From contig JBAYMR010000001.1 in the NCBI GenBank assembly GCA_041663445.1, positions 47,393 through 111,392 of the forward strand: a DNA stretch of 64,000 nt. Reading direction: 5' to 3'. A program made the position numbers and the translations under genes. How positions within the stretch are numbered: position 1 is the stretch's first letter; each line of letters opens with the position of its first letter. Positions 7,989 to 17,617 of this stretch are shown one piece after another. Under the pieces are notes generated by a model that saw only the letters and a list, made by a program, of their open reading frames with translations, made no database searches and was not told the origin of the DNA. Source of the stretch: Candidatus Micrarchaeia archaeon. Lineage in GTDB: Archaea > Micrarchaeota > Micrarchaeia > Anstonellales > Anstonellaceae.

Positions 7989-9469
7989 CAACTGACACAA
8001 AGGACATGCTCCGGATACTCCTGAAGGACAAGCATCTGGTAATGGCATCGCACACTGAGCCCTACACCCACGTCCACGAGGACGGGGTGGTGAAGCTTCG
8101 CACAGGCACCGGCGGGGTGGTCACTGCGCTTGACCCGCTCATGGCTTTCAACAAGGGCACGTGGGTTTCGGTTGGCACCGGAAAGGCTGACAAGAAGGCA
8201 GTTGACCGCGAGAACAAGGTGCGCGTGCCTGACGAAAATGGCTATTCCCTGCGCAGGATTTGGCTCACCAATCAGGAAAGGGACGGCTATCTTGACGGCG
8301 TGTCCAACGGGGCGCTCTGGCCGCTTTGCCACATGGCATACGTAAGGCCAAGGTTCGTGGACGCGGAATGGGAAGAATTCAAGAAGGTGAACCGCAAGTT
8401 TGCAAACGCAATATCCAAGGAATGCAGGCACAACACATTGGTGTGGATACATGACTTCCAGCTCTGCATGGTGCCCAAATACCTCAGGAAAATGCAGCCT
8501 GACATCACCATTGCCTTTTTCTGGCACATACCCTGGCCCAACCCGCAGGCGTTCTCGATATGCCCCTGGTCGAATGAAATCCTTGAGTCCCTGCTGTGCA
8601 ACGACCTGATGGGCTTCCACACCCAGCAATATTCATTCAACTTCCTGGACAGCGTGGACACTTCGCTTGAGGCTAGGGTGGACCGCCCCTCGCTTGCGGT
8701 ATACCACCGGAAAACGCCCACGTTTGTGCGGTCAAACCCCATAAGCATAGACTCGGAAAGCGTGAAGCGGCTTGCAGCACTGCCTCCTTCGGAATACGTC
8801 AAAAACCTCCTGGCGGAAAACGCCCTTGACAGCATGGAATTCGCAATAGGTGTGGACAGGCTGGATTACATAAAGGGGCTGCCCGAGAAAATCAAGGCGA
8901 TGGACGCATTCTTTACTCTCCACCCGGAATACATCGGCAAATTCTCGCTTCTGCAGATAGCCTCCCCGACAAGGGTTCACCAGCCCGCGTACCAGAAAGC
9001 GGCTTCCGATGTCACGAGGCTGACAAACGAGGTGAACGAAAAATACCAGGGCATGGCAAAGCACAATCCAAATTGGAAGCCCGTTGTACTGGTGTTGGAG
9101 CAGATAGACCGCGCCGATGTCTATTCCCTCTATTCCCTGGCAAGGCTGTGTATGGTGACCTCACTCCACGACGGGCTAAACCTCGTGAGCAAGGAGTTCG
9201 TGGCATCCCGCGCCAAGCGCGACGGGGCGCTCATACTCAGCAAGTTCACAGGCGCCGCAAACGAGCTTGCGGGCGCGCACCTGGTGAACCCCTACTCTGT
9301 GGAGGAGATTGTCAAGGCGATGCATTTTGCCCTCACGCAAAGCCCGCGGGAGCAGGCAAGGGACATGGCACTCCTTTCCCGCCAGGTTGCGGAAAGCGAC
9401 GTCTATGCCTGGTCATTCAACTTCCTCAAGGAGCTTCAGGCCGCGCACATGATGCGCAGGGTGGCATAG
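7985..9469 (+). CDS. otsA: Trehalose-6-phosphate synthase (GT20)
   Basis: GGVVTAL, LWPLCH, WIHDFQL, FFWHIPWP, GVDRLDYIKG, DGLNLVSKEF. Confidence 0.93.
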   Translation: MTTDTKDMLRILLKDKHLVMASHTEPYTHVHEDGVVKLRTGTGGVVTALDPLMAFNKGTWVSVGTGKADKKAVDRENKVRVPDENGYSLRRIWLTNQERDGYLDGVSNGALWPLCHMAYVRPRFVDAEWEEFKKVNRKFANAISKECRHNTLVWIHDFQLCMVPKYLRKMQPDITIAFFWHIPWPNPQAFSICPWSNEILESLLCNDLMGFHTQQYSFNFLDSVDTSLEARVDRPSLAVYHRKTPTFVRSNPISIDSESVKRLAALPPSEYVKNLLAENALDSMEFAIGVDRLDYIKGLPEKIKAMDAFFTLHPEYIGKFSLLQIASPTRVHQPAYQKAASDVTRLTNEVNEKYQGMAKHNPNWKPVVLVLEQIDRADVYSLYSLARLCMVTSLHDGLNLVSKEFVASRAKRDGALILSKFTGAANELAGAHLVNPYSVEEIVKAMHFALTQSPREQARDMALLSRQVAESDVYAWSFNFLKELQAAHMMRRVA

Positions 9470-10186
9470 ATGGAAATCAGGACAGTGGTGCTTGACTTCG
9501 ACGGGACGCTTGCGCCCATCAGGCGCGACCCATCAGCCGTGCGGCTGCCCGCCTCGATGCGCAGGCAGCTCGCTGTAATGGTTGCCGCCGGGCTTGAGGT
9601 GATGGTGCTTTCAGGCAGGCCATACTCTTTCCTTAAAGCACAGGAATTCCCGAAGGGCGTGCGCCTGTGCGGGAATTTCGGCAACCCGTCCGGCAGGCGG
9701 CAGGCAGGATTTGGAAAGGGATTCCTGCTTGCGCTTGGCAGGCTCGCAAAAATACGCGGCGTGGAAGTGGAGCGCAAGGCAGGCTATGCCGTGCATTACA
9801 GGAAGGCAAGGCAACAAGACATTGAAAAAGTGAAGAAGCTTGTCTACATTGCGGCTGATGAAGCAGGGGACGGCGCGTCCATGCTTTATGGGAGGAAGGC
9901 AGTGGAAATACTCCCCGCCGGGGTCATGCCCAAAGAGGAATTCCTGTCAAAGCTGGCGGGCGAAAGAAACCACGGCGTGCTTTTCATAGGCGACGACCCG
10001 TCCGACCTCGCGGCAATGCACGCGCTTCGCAAAAAGGGCAACTTTTCCTGCGCGCTTGTAAAGTCGGGGGAAGTGGACTCGGGAGTTGGCAGCTGGCCTG
10101 CAAAGCTTCTGAACAGGCGCGCGCTTGAGCGCTTCCTCAGCCGGCTTGCGCGCGCACAAGGTCGACGTAATTCACATCCAGGCTAA
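9470..10186 (+). CDS. otsB: Trehalose-6-phosphate phosphatase (HAD)
   Basis: LDFDGTLAPI, LSGR, VHYR, FIGDDPSD; directly follows otsA. Confidence 0.88.
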   Translation: MEIRTVVLDFDGTLAPIRRDPSAVRLPASMRRQLAVMVAAGLEVMVLSGRPYSFLKAQEFPKGVRLCGNFGNPSGRRQAGFGKGFLLALGRLAKIRGVEVERKAGYAVHYRKARQQDIEKVKKLVYIAADEAGDGASMLYGRKAVEILPAGVMPKEEFLSKLAGERNHGVLFIGDDPSDLAAMHALRKKGNFSCALVKSGEVDSGVGSWPAKLLNRRALERFLSRLARAQGRRNSHPG

Positions 10187-11141
10187 GTGATACCCGATTG
10201 CCGAGGTTCTTCTCAAGCGCTGCGCGCATCTCCTCCGCCTTTTCCTGCGTGATTGGCTTTGGCGAGTCAAGGGAGGCTGCTATGGCAAGGGAGCCGTCCT
10301 TCGCATGCTCGAACGAAACGTCCGTGAGCCTCGCGCCGAGTATGCCGTCAAGCTGCGAGGCAAGCACCTTTTCCGAGGTGGAGCTGATGCTGGAGGACTC
10401 GATGCTCTGCCACATTATCCAGGCAAGCGGCACCAGGATGAGCAGCAGAAGCACTGCGGAGGTCTGAAGCTTTTTCTTTGTCTCTTCCTCCGCAAACGAC
10501 CAGCGCGGGCTGAATTCCATAAGCCAGAAAACTGCGGACGCGGCAAAGTTTATGGCAACGATGTTCGCAAGGAACGTGAGCCCGCCGCCAAGTGCGATCA
10601 CTGGCTGCTTGAGCGCAAAGCCGATGCCCACCACGCAAAGGGGAGGCATCACCGCGACCGCGATTGCCACGCCGGGCAGCGCGGCGCCTATGCTTTTCTT
10701 GGTGAGCGCGTACGCCGCCGCCGTGCCGCTTGCAAGCGCCACGAACAGGTCAAGCGGGGTGGGGGCGGTGCGCAGCAATATCTCGCTGGTCACTGTGGCG
10801 TTTGGCACAAGAAGCGTGAGGAGCGCCACCAGGACTATCACAATCGCAACCCCCTTTGCCTCTGCCTCGATGGCGCCCGAGAAAAGCTTGATGTCGCCCT
10901 TCACCGCGCCAAGCGAGATGCCAATTATGGGCATGAGCAGCGGGGAGACCAGCATGGCGCCGATTATGACAGCAACGTTGTTGGTGAGAAGCCCGATGGT
11001 GGCGATGATTGCCGAAATGACGAGCATTGTGAAATACTCGTTTGACGGATGCGAGCCGCCGCCTATTTCCAGGCTTATCGCATCCTTTTCCTTCGGGCTT
11101 ATGCCGCCAAGGTAGTTCTTGAGCCATTGGATTATGTCCAT
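10137..11141 (-). CDS. DUF389/TIGR00341 family membrane protein
   Basis: AVIIGAMLVSPLLMPI, EILLRTAP, LPGVAIAVAVMPPL. Confidence 0.85.
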   Translation of the reverse strand: MDIIQWLKNYLGGISPKEKDAISLEIGGGSHPSNEYFTMLVISAIIATIGLLTNNVAVIIGAMLVSPLLMPIIGISLGAVKGDIKLFSGAIEAEAKGVAIVIVLVALLTLLVPNATVTSEILLRTAPTPLDLFVALASGTAAAYALTKKSIGAALPGVAIAVAVMPPLCVVGIGFALKQPVIALGGGLTFLANIVAINFAASAVFWLMEFSPRWSFAEEETKKKLQTSAVLLLLILVPLAWIMWQSIESSSISSTSEKVLASQLDGILGARLTDVSFEHAKDGSLAIAASLDSPKPITQEKAEEMRAALEKNLGNRVSLSLDVNYVDLVRAQAG

Positions 11142-11229
11142 ATGCGCGATTTTTGCGCCAAACTTATTATTCTTACTGTGGTGCGTGCCGACGCAAACGC
11201 ATTAAAGCATTGGCGCGTTACAGAACCGC

Positions 11230-12186
11230 ATGGTGCTTGCCGAGCTTTTCACCCTGATAATCTCCATAGTCGTGCTTTCGCGCGCGGCGTCAGTCGTGGT
11301 GGACAACGCATCAAGGCTCGCGCGCTTCTTCAACGTGAGCACGCTTGCCATCGGGCTGCTGTTGATGTCGGTTGCCACTTCGCTGCCCGAGCTTTCAGTG
11401 TCCGTGATGTCATCGGTCGCTGGCGAGGGCGCGATTGCCGCCGGAAACGTGTTCGGCTCAAACATTGCAAACGTCCTGCTCATACTCGGCCTCGCCGCGG
11501 CGCTTTACGGCTTCAAGGTGAGGAGGGACATACTGCCGGACATTGCGATAGTGCTCCTTGCCACCACAGTGATTTCAGTATATATAATATACAAATCAAG
11601 CGTGGATGGGGGCGCGCTTTCCTTCTACGAGGGGGTTTTGCTGCTCCTGGTGTTTGCCTGGTATGCAAACAGGATACTGTCAAAAAAGAGGATTGACGAA
11701 GCCCCCGCGGCGTCAAAAATGAGCCTGCGCGACGGGCTCCACGCGTTCCTGTTCTTCGGCGCAGGCGTGGTGGTTGTGATAATAAGCTCCAGCTTTGTGG
11801 TGGACTCTGCTGTGTCGCTTGCGAAAATCGCAGGGCTTGCGGAAAGCTTCATAGGTGCCACCATAATAGCGATAGGCACCTCGCTCCCGGAGCTGTCAGT
11901 CGACCTTGCCGCAATAAGGAAAAAGCAGTACGGGCTTGCGCTCGGGGATGCAATCGGCAGCAACATGGCGAACCTCACGCTCGTGCTCGGCACTGCCGCG
12001 ATAATAAGCCCCATAGTGGTGCAGCTCAAGGTATTCTCTGTCGCGCTCCTATTTGCAATAATAGCGAACATGGCATTCTTCTACATCGCCGTGGTGAAGA
12101 AGGAATTCGGCAGGAAGGAAGGCATCGCCATGCTTGCGCTTTACGCGATATACATCATTGCGATATTCTACCTGCAGTTCGCATGA
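11230..12186 (+). CDS. Ca2+/Na+ antiporter (CaCA, YrbG-like)
   Basis: Two alpha-repeats: TSLPEL...GNVFGSN and GTSLPEL...GDAIGSN. Confidence 0.9.
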   Translation: MVLAELFTLIISIVVLSRAASVVVDNASRLARFFNVSTLAIGLLLMSVATSLPELSVSVMSSVAGEGAIAAGNVFGSNIANVLLILGLAAALYGFKVRRDILPDIAIVLLATTVISVYIIYKSSVDGGALSFYEGVLLLLVFAWYANRILSKKRIDEAPAASKMSLRDGLHAFLFFGAGVVVVIISSSFVVDSAVSLAKIAGLAESFIGATIIAIGTSLPELSVDLAAIRKKQYGLALGDAIGSNMANLTLVLGTAAIISPIVVQLKVFSVALLFAIIANMAFFYIAVVKKEFGRKEGIAMLALYAIYIIAIFYLQFA

Positions 12187-12247
12187 GCCGCGCGGCGGGG
12201 TGCGTTGGGAAACCTGCCGGTGCACATTCTCCATTTGAGTTTCCTAT

Positions 12248-13552
12248 CTAGTAGAGCCCCGATATCTGCGAGAAGATGACAATCAGCAGAAGCGCAATCG
12301 GGACGAGCACGCGCGAGGCGAATGCAAAATAGCCATCGTAGCGGGGCGGGAGCCCGATTGCACCCGAGATGCCCTTATGGGGCAGGAGATAGGCGCAGGA
12401 GATTGCCACCGCAAGCGCTGAGAACGGCGCGAGGAAAGACCCGAAAAAGAAATCGAACAGGTCCAGGAAAGGCTTTCCGAACATCGAAAGCGTTAGCGGG
12501 GAATATGAGAGTGCAGAAAGCATTCCCACAAGGAAGATTCCCGCGCCGGCAATCGCGCCCCATTTCTTCCCGAAAGTGACGAACGACACGTTTACGTGCT
12601 CGACCATGGAGATTACCGATGTAAAAGCCGCCGCGAAGAGAAGCCCGAAGAAAAGTGCGCCGACGATTGCACCTAGAATACCTTGCGACAGGAAGAAGAG
12701 CGGGAGCGTCTCGAACGAAAGCGCAAGCCCGGTGCCAGGGGAGGAAAGCGTGGAGGCGAGCATTGCCACTGCGACGAATGCAAGCGCGGATGCTGCGGTG
12801 TCGGCGCCTGCGACCTGGATTGAGGATGAGAATATGTCCTTTCCGCGCTTCAGGTGCATCCCGTATGTGAACATTATGCCGTACCCCACTGACAGGGAGA
12901 AGAGCACCTGCGAGAGCGCATAATACCATGTGCGCGGCTCGAATATCTTCTCAGCCCCTGAAAAAGCGTTTTGCCGGAACGAATCAACCGCGCCGTCGAG
13001 CGTGCACGCGTAAGCCGCAAGGATGACAAGGGAAATGAAAAGCAGGGGGACGAGCTTCCCGGTGATTGGCTCGATGCCCTTGCTGATTCCGCGGAAAACC
13101 GTGAAATACGCTGCAGCGAAAATCAGGATGAAGTACGCGATGGGTGAAAAGTCGCTTTGCATGTGCTGGAACGAGGGCGCTGAGCCGAGAAGGAAATTCC
13201 CGGCAAACCAAAGCGTCCACGCGCACAGGACCATGTAATAGCCGGTTATCACAAGGCTCACGATGACCGGGAAAAAGCCGAGTGCCTCTCGGATTGGCCT
13301 TTTCAGGAACGGGATGTTCTTGGTTTGCCAAACCGACTTTGCAAAGCTTTTTTTCTCCCTGAACCCCTGTCCCGTTTCCATGAGGAAAAGCGGTATGCCT
13401 ATTATCGCAAGGCAGGCAAGATAGGGTATGAAAAACCAGATGCCGCCGTTCTCCGAAGCTATGTAGGGGAAGCGCCAGATGTTGCCAAGCCCGACTGCCG
13501 CCCCGATTGAGGCAAGGACAAATGCAGTCTTCGAAGACCATTGCTCAGCCAT
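12248..13552 (-). CDS. Sodium-dependent transporter (NSS/SNF family)
   Basis: WSSKTAFVLASIGAAVGLGNIWRFPY, QVLFSLSVG, FAAAFTS. Confidence 0.9.
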   Translation of the reverse strand: MAEQWSSKTAFVLASIGAAVGLGNIWRFPYIASENGGIWFFIPYLACLAIIGIPLFLMETGQGFREKKSFAKSVWQTKNIPFLKRPIREALGFFPVIVSLVITGYYMVLCAWTLWFAGNFLLGSAPSFQHMQSDFSPIAYFILIFAAAYFTVFRGISKGIEPITGKLVPLLFISLVILAAYACTLDGAVDSFRQNAFSGAEKIFEPRTWYYALSQVLFSLSVGYGIMFTYGMHLKRGKDIFSSSIQVAGADTAASALAFVAVAMLASTLSSPGTGLALSFETLPLFFLSQGILGAIVGALFFGLLFAAAFTSVISMVEHVNVSFVTFGKKWGAIAGAGIFLVGMLSALSYSPLTLSMFGKPFLDLFDFFFGSFLAPFSALAVAISCAYLLPHKGISGAIGLPPRYDGYFAFASRVLVPIALLLIVIFSQISGLY

Positions 13553-13649
13553 GCATCTATGATTCTTGGGAAAATCAAATAAACACGCCTGCAGGGGGGA
13601 AATGCCTGCCGCCGACACTCTTTTTAATGCTCAGCCGCTTTATCTGCCC

Positions 13650-15032
13650 ATGCAGAATCCTGTTCCCAAGCTGGTTTCCCGCACAAAGGTGTGGTCGGGC
13701 TACCTTTTCATACTCCTGGGGCTGCTCATGGTGCTGATGGTTATCCGCGCCGCCTTTTTCGGGAATATACCTGAAGACAAGAGGATATGGGTGGAAATCA
13801 CCCTGCTTCTCCTGGTGGCGCTCGTGGCCGAAAGGCTGGTGCAGCAATGGAAGCAGCCGTTCGTGATGGTGCTGCTCCTTTTGGGCGTCCTGATTTCGCC
13901 ATACACGCTGAATGCAGTATGGCCCGCTGTGATGGGGGCAGCCACGCCCATCCTGCAAGGTGTTGGCATACAGCCGCCAGCATCAACGCCCGAGCTTTTG
14001 GGTGAAAGCCAAATCGTCAAGGTCTTCGCAAATATCGGTGTCATAATACTCCTTTTCAGGATAGGCATGCACTCCGAAATAGAAAAGGTCTTCAACATGA
14101 AGAATTTCCTGGTGGCATTGGGGGGCGTAATTCTTCCCTTTGTGGCAGGATTCATGTTTGCGCAGTGGAGCGGGGGCGGGTTCGCATTCTCGCTTTTCGT
14201 GGGTGCCGCGCTGACCGCCACTTCGGTCGGCATCACGGTCGCCGTGCTTGAGGAAATGAAGGCAATAGACAAGCCGTTTGCGCAGGTGATACTCGGCGCC
14301 GCGGTCATAGACGATGTCTTGGCTTTGGTCGCGCTCGGGCTGGTAAGCAGCATGCCATCCGACCTTGCGGCAATCTCAATCGCCCCGATTGTGCAGGTGA
14401 TGGGCATTGCGCTGGTATTCGTGGTGTCCGGGCTGATGCTTGGCAAGATTTTCGTGGAGCGCTTCTTCAGTTATGAGGAGGAAGAAATTTCCAAGCGGAC
14501 GCTTTCTGGCATGCTGGCGCTGCTTTTCTTCTATTCCTTTGCCTCCGAGGCGCTGGGGCTTTCTGCCATAGTGGGCGCGTTCATCGCAGGGCTCGTGATA
14601 AGCTATTCGCCCATGGCGCACAAGCTGAACAAGGCGCTGTTCGCAATGGACGTCATTTTTGTCCCGATATTCTTCATCTCGCTCGGGATGCTGGTGAACG
14701 TTTGGGATATCCCTGGCGCGCTGGTGCCTGTTATTGCGCTCACCGCAATCGCCATAATCACCAAAATGATAGGCTGCGGCCTGCCCGCCGTGCTCATGGG
14801 GATGAAACCGAAGGAAGCCCTGCTGGTCGGCTGGGGGATGGTCCCGCGCGGCGAAATCGCGCTCGTTATCGCACTGATTGGCATAACCACGCTCGACCCG
14901 ACGGGCAAGCCTGTGCTCGACGCCGCGGAATACACCATCATCGCCTCGATGGCGTTCCTTTCCACGGTGATTGTGCCCGTGGGGCTGAAGGCGCTGGTTG
15001 CCAGGGCAGAATCCTCATCAAGCCAGGGCTAA
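13650..15032 (+). CDS. Cation:proton antiporter (CPA2 family)
   Basis: ATSVGIT, GAAVIDD, PIFF, GMVPRGE; start is approximate. Confidence 0.88.
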   Translation: MQNPVPKLVSRTKVWSGYLFILLGLLMVLMVIRAAFFGNIPEDKRIWVEITLLLLVALVAERLVQQWKQPFVMVLLLLGVLISPYTLNAVWPAVMGAATPILQGVGIQPPASTPELLGESQIVKVFANIGVIILLFRIGMHSEIEKVFNMKNFLVALGGVILPFVAGFMFAQWSGGGFAFSLFVGAALTATSVGITVAVLEEMKAIDKPFAQVILGAAVIDDVLALVALGLVSSMPSDLAAISIAPIVQVMGIALVFVVSGLMLGKIFVERFFSYEEEEISKRTLSGMLALLFFYSFASEALGLSAIVGAFIAGLVISYSPMAHKLNKALFAMDVIFVPIFFISLGMLVNVWDIPGALVPVIALTAIAIITKMIGCGLPAVLMGMKPKEALLVGWGMVPRGEIALVIALIGITTLDPTGKPVLDAAEYTIIASMAFLSTVIVPVGLKALVARAESSSSQG

Positions 15033-15228
15033 TGCGCGTGCTTGATTATGGGCGCGCCGCGCCAATATCCGCGCTCTTGCCGCGCATGAAAATTTCCTTG
15101 GTGTTTCGTGGCAGCGCGTATGGAGCCAAGTATAAATGGGCCAATTTAGGCGCCTGAATCGCGCTCGGCGCATAATCTTGCCCAATTGTACACGAGGCAA
15201 TAAGGTCAGTACGGCACAAAAGGAGGAC

Positions 15229-15417
15229 ATGGCACTTGGCATTCGCCTAGATCTGAGTGCATATGAAGCCAAAGGCAACCTGACCGTCCAGCTCAAGGAG
15301 AGCTTGACGCCATGTGGCAAAAAAGCGAAAAGCCAGTCAAAAAATCAAAAGTTTATCTCGATGACCCCAGGACAAAATGTAATAAGTTACGCCACGACCC
15401 CCTACTTTTGGCACTAA
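15229..15417 (+). CDS. Short hypothetical ORF running into the tRNA-Trp-derived repeat (possible fragment)
   Basis: SD AGGAGG before the ATG; 62 aa; no recognisable motif. Confidence 0.3.
   Translation: MALGIRLDLSAYEAKGNLTVQLKESLTPCGKKAKSQSKNQKFISMTPGQNVISYATTPYFWH
15384..15404. repeat. 21-bp direct repeat of the tRNA-Trp 5' end (identical to 4861-4881); att-like
   Basis: AAGTTACGCCACGACCCCCTA at both sites. Confidence 0.8.
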
Positions 15418-15509
15418 GTCACGTCGAAGGGGCTTTCACCCCCGATTCCATGACTTGGTAGCGTTAGTTTATGTATAAAGTTAAAAAAGAGATGCAGGTC
15501 TTCTGGCAA

Positions 15510-16616
15510 CTAAAGCGGCTTTGGTTCGATTACCTTCCCGCCGGATGCCACCACCATGCGGCGCCCATCTTCAAAGATAGCATAGACGTCAGCCCGTATC
15601 GGCGAGATGGGCGCGTAAACTACATCCTGGTGCGTGCTTGCATCCACAACTCCGCTCCACGACCCTTTCGTTCCGAAATGGATGTTTTTCCCGTACGCTA
15701 TGTGTACGCCTGCTTTTTCCTCTTCTAGTATGTTCCCAAGCCTGGCGCTCGGATTCAAGCCAAATCCGAGTTCGGCGACGTTTGCGGCATTCGGGTCCTT
15801 TTCTATCAGAGCCAGGAGCTTCCTCGCAAAAGCAGAGTCGCCCGGCACCCCCACTATCCGGTTTTTCTCTACGAGCAGGAGAACTGTCTTCCCGTCCTCT
15901 GCAGAATAGACGGGCCATACGCCCTCGGTTTGCGAATTTCCAATCGCCGCAAGGGCGCCAGGGTGCACGCCTTCATAGGGCGTGCAGTAAAATTCAGCGC
16001 CTGGCAGGTTTGTAAACCCGTCGCCCGGATTCCTGCTGAATCCGGGGCTCATGTGCCAGTTCGCGTGCCTTGTGTCGACATACAATGAGAAGACCAGTCC
16101 CGGGGGGACATTGAAAGTTATTTCAAACCCAACAGCATCCTTCACCATGTTCATGGCTTTGGAGCCAAGCTCATTCATGGCGTCATGGTCCACAGACATG
16201 GCGCCCTCATTGCTTGAAACCACTGTCGGCATGCTAAGCCCGCGAACCGACCCTGTTTGTTTTGCTATTTCTTTAAGGTCAGCGGTCTGCGAATAGGTTG
16301 TCATTGCGACGACAATGTCCGCAGATTTTATTATGCCAACCACATTGGAGACTGGTTCGCCTCCAAATAGTCCGTCGGAAGGAAAATTGGCATTGTGTTT
16401 GCCGGGTTCCGCATATTTTAGAAGGGGGAGCACCTGAAAGCCAATCCTTTTTGACAGGACGGAAGCGGCTTTCACCCATCTAAGCAAAAGGTCGCGCCTG
16501 TCCTGCCTTTCAGGGTCAAGAGGGCCGTTCGGCTCATCGGTTACAAAGAGCAGCTTTTCGCCTTTCTTCGGCTGGAGGGCGCTGATGATCAATTTTTGGA
16601 TTCTTTCCTGAGACAT
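15510..16616 (-). CDS. M29-like (thermophilic/leucyl) aminopeptidase
   Basis: NLPGAEFY, NVAELGFGLN, EEEKAGVHIAYGKN, HQDVV; start set at MSQERI. Confidence 0.78.
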   Translation of the reverse strand: MSQERIQKLIISALQPKKGEKLLFVTDEPNGPLDPERQDRRDLLLRWVKAASVLSKRIGFQVLPLLKYAEPGKHNANFPSDGLFGGEPVSNVVGIIKSADIVVAMTTYSQTADLKEIAKQTGSVRGLSMPTVVSSNEGAMSVDHDAMNELGSKAMNMVKDAVGFEITFNVPPGLVFSLYVDTRHANWHMSPGFSRNPGDGFTNLPGAEFYCTPYEGVHPGALAAIGNSQTEGVWPVYSAEDGKTVLLLVEKNRIVGVPGDSAFARKLLALIEKDPNAANVAELGFGLNPSARLGNILEEEKAGVHIAYGKNIHFGTKGSWSGVVDASTHQDVVYAPISPIRADVYAIFEDGRRMVVASGGKVIEPKPL

Positions 16617-16823
16617 GTTCCCCGACAGTTTTTGTCCTGAGAAGTCTTTTGTTGAACCGCTACATCCTTTTTGACTGAAATAAATGTTTTTTCTGAAAAT
16701 CATGTACCCACCCAGTCCATTTTCTGCATAGAAGTGCTTAAAAAGAATGGGTTGTGGAAAGTGCTCTTTCCAGTCAAAAACAGTTTTCTTTCTCGATGGC
16801 CCCAAGACAAAACGTAATAGGAT

Positions 16824-16881
16824 ACGCCATGCCCCCATCGTGCGCTACCGGGTTATGACGTGCAACACTTTAAATAGGTTT
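16824..16881. repeat. 58-bp direct repeat, copy 1
   Basis: 57/58 identical to 18373-18430; contains TTTAAA. Confidence 0.92.
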
Positions 16882-16994
16882 CAAAAAACTTTGGGCTTGC
16901 TCGCCCGCCATTTCTTTCTCAAACCAATCCAAAATGACTATCATTTTGTCTTAAACCAAGACGAAATGATATCTCCAGATACCCTTAAAAACAC

Positions 16995-17015
16995 TAGTTA
17001 CCTAATAGGTAACTA
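16995..17015. promoter_or_regulatory. Perfect inverted repeat overlapping the start codon; candidate autoregulatory operator
   Basis: TAGTTACCTA-A-TAGGTAACTA, just downstream of the TATA-like CTTAAAAA. Confidence 0.6.
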
Positions 17016-17617
17016 TGTATTCCGAAATTCCCTATGCCTGCATGCGCGCGTACGCGCTGCTCTTTTCTCGCTTCGGGGCAAGCCGCCCCTTCGCCCAATC
17101 GGAGCTGGATTTCGTTTTCTCCACCCCAATGAAGAAGAAGGTGTTTTCCATCCTGCTGAATGCAGGCTGGATAAGAAAGCGCGACAGGCTGAATTACCTG
17201 TGCAACGAGCCTGGCGAGGTATTCCGGCACCTGCTGGACTTCAAGGTGCCGCAAATGCTGGGGAAGGCGCAAAAGCCCTATGCGTTTTCCGGCCTCTCGG
17301 CAATCGAGGTGTGGAGCGACTACTCCTACACGCAGCGAAGCGTTGAGCGCTCGCCGTATTTCATCAGGGTGCTGCGCAGGGATCTGCCTTACTGGAAGGG
17401 ATTCTTTGCCGCAAAAAGGGTGCCAGTCTACGTTGGAAAGGGAACTTCTATTGGGGAGTTTGCTATCTTACAGCCAGCGGCAAAGCTGGAATCGGTTGAA
17501 AAGGACGGGCTGTCTGTCGAGCCGCTCCAGGATGCGATGGCCGAGGCAAGGGCGAATGAGATGCATTATTATGCGTATGAGTATATGAAAAAGAAATACG
17601 GGCGAATCAATGGATAA
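17015..17617 (+). CDS. Putative AbiEi-like antitoxin (wHTH plus C-terminal domain)
   Basis: wHTH-like KKVFSILLNAGWIRK; YAFSGLSAIEVW; overlaps the downstream NTase gene. Confidence 0.55.
   Translation: MYSEIPYACMRAYALLFSRFGASRPFAQSELDFVFSTPMKKKVFSILLNAGWIRKRDRLNYLCNEPGEVFRHLLDFKVPQMLGKAQKPYAFSGLSAIEVWSDYSYTQRSVERSPYFIRVLRRDLPYWKGFFAAKRVPVYVGKGTSIGEFAILQPAAKLESVEKDGLSVEPLQDAMAEARANEMHYYAYEYMKKKYGRING

Noticed and set aside
15136..15417. Split SSV-type integrase fragment at the att-like repeat
   Set aside because: No tyrosine recombinase R-HxxR-Y motifs here or near 4882-5200.
16617..16838. N-terminal extension of the aminopeptidase ORF
   Set aside because: AT-rich, not protein-like, and it begins inside the 58-bp repeat; the downstream ATG is more plausible.
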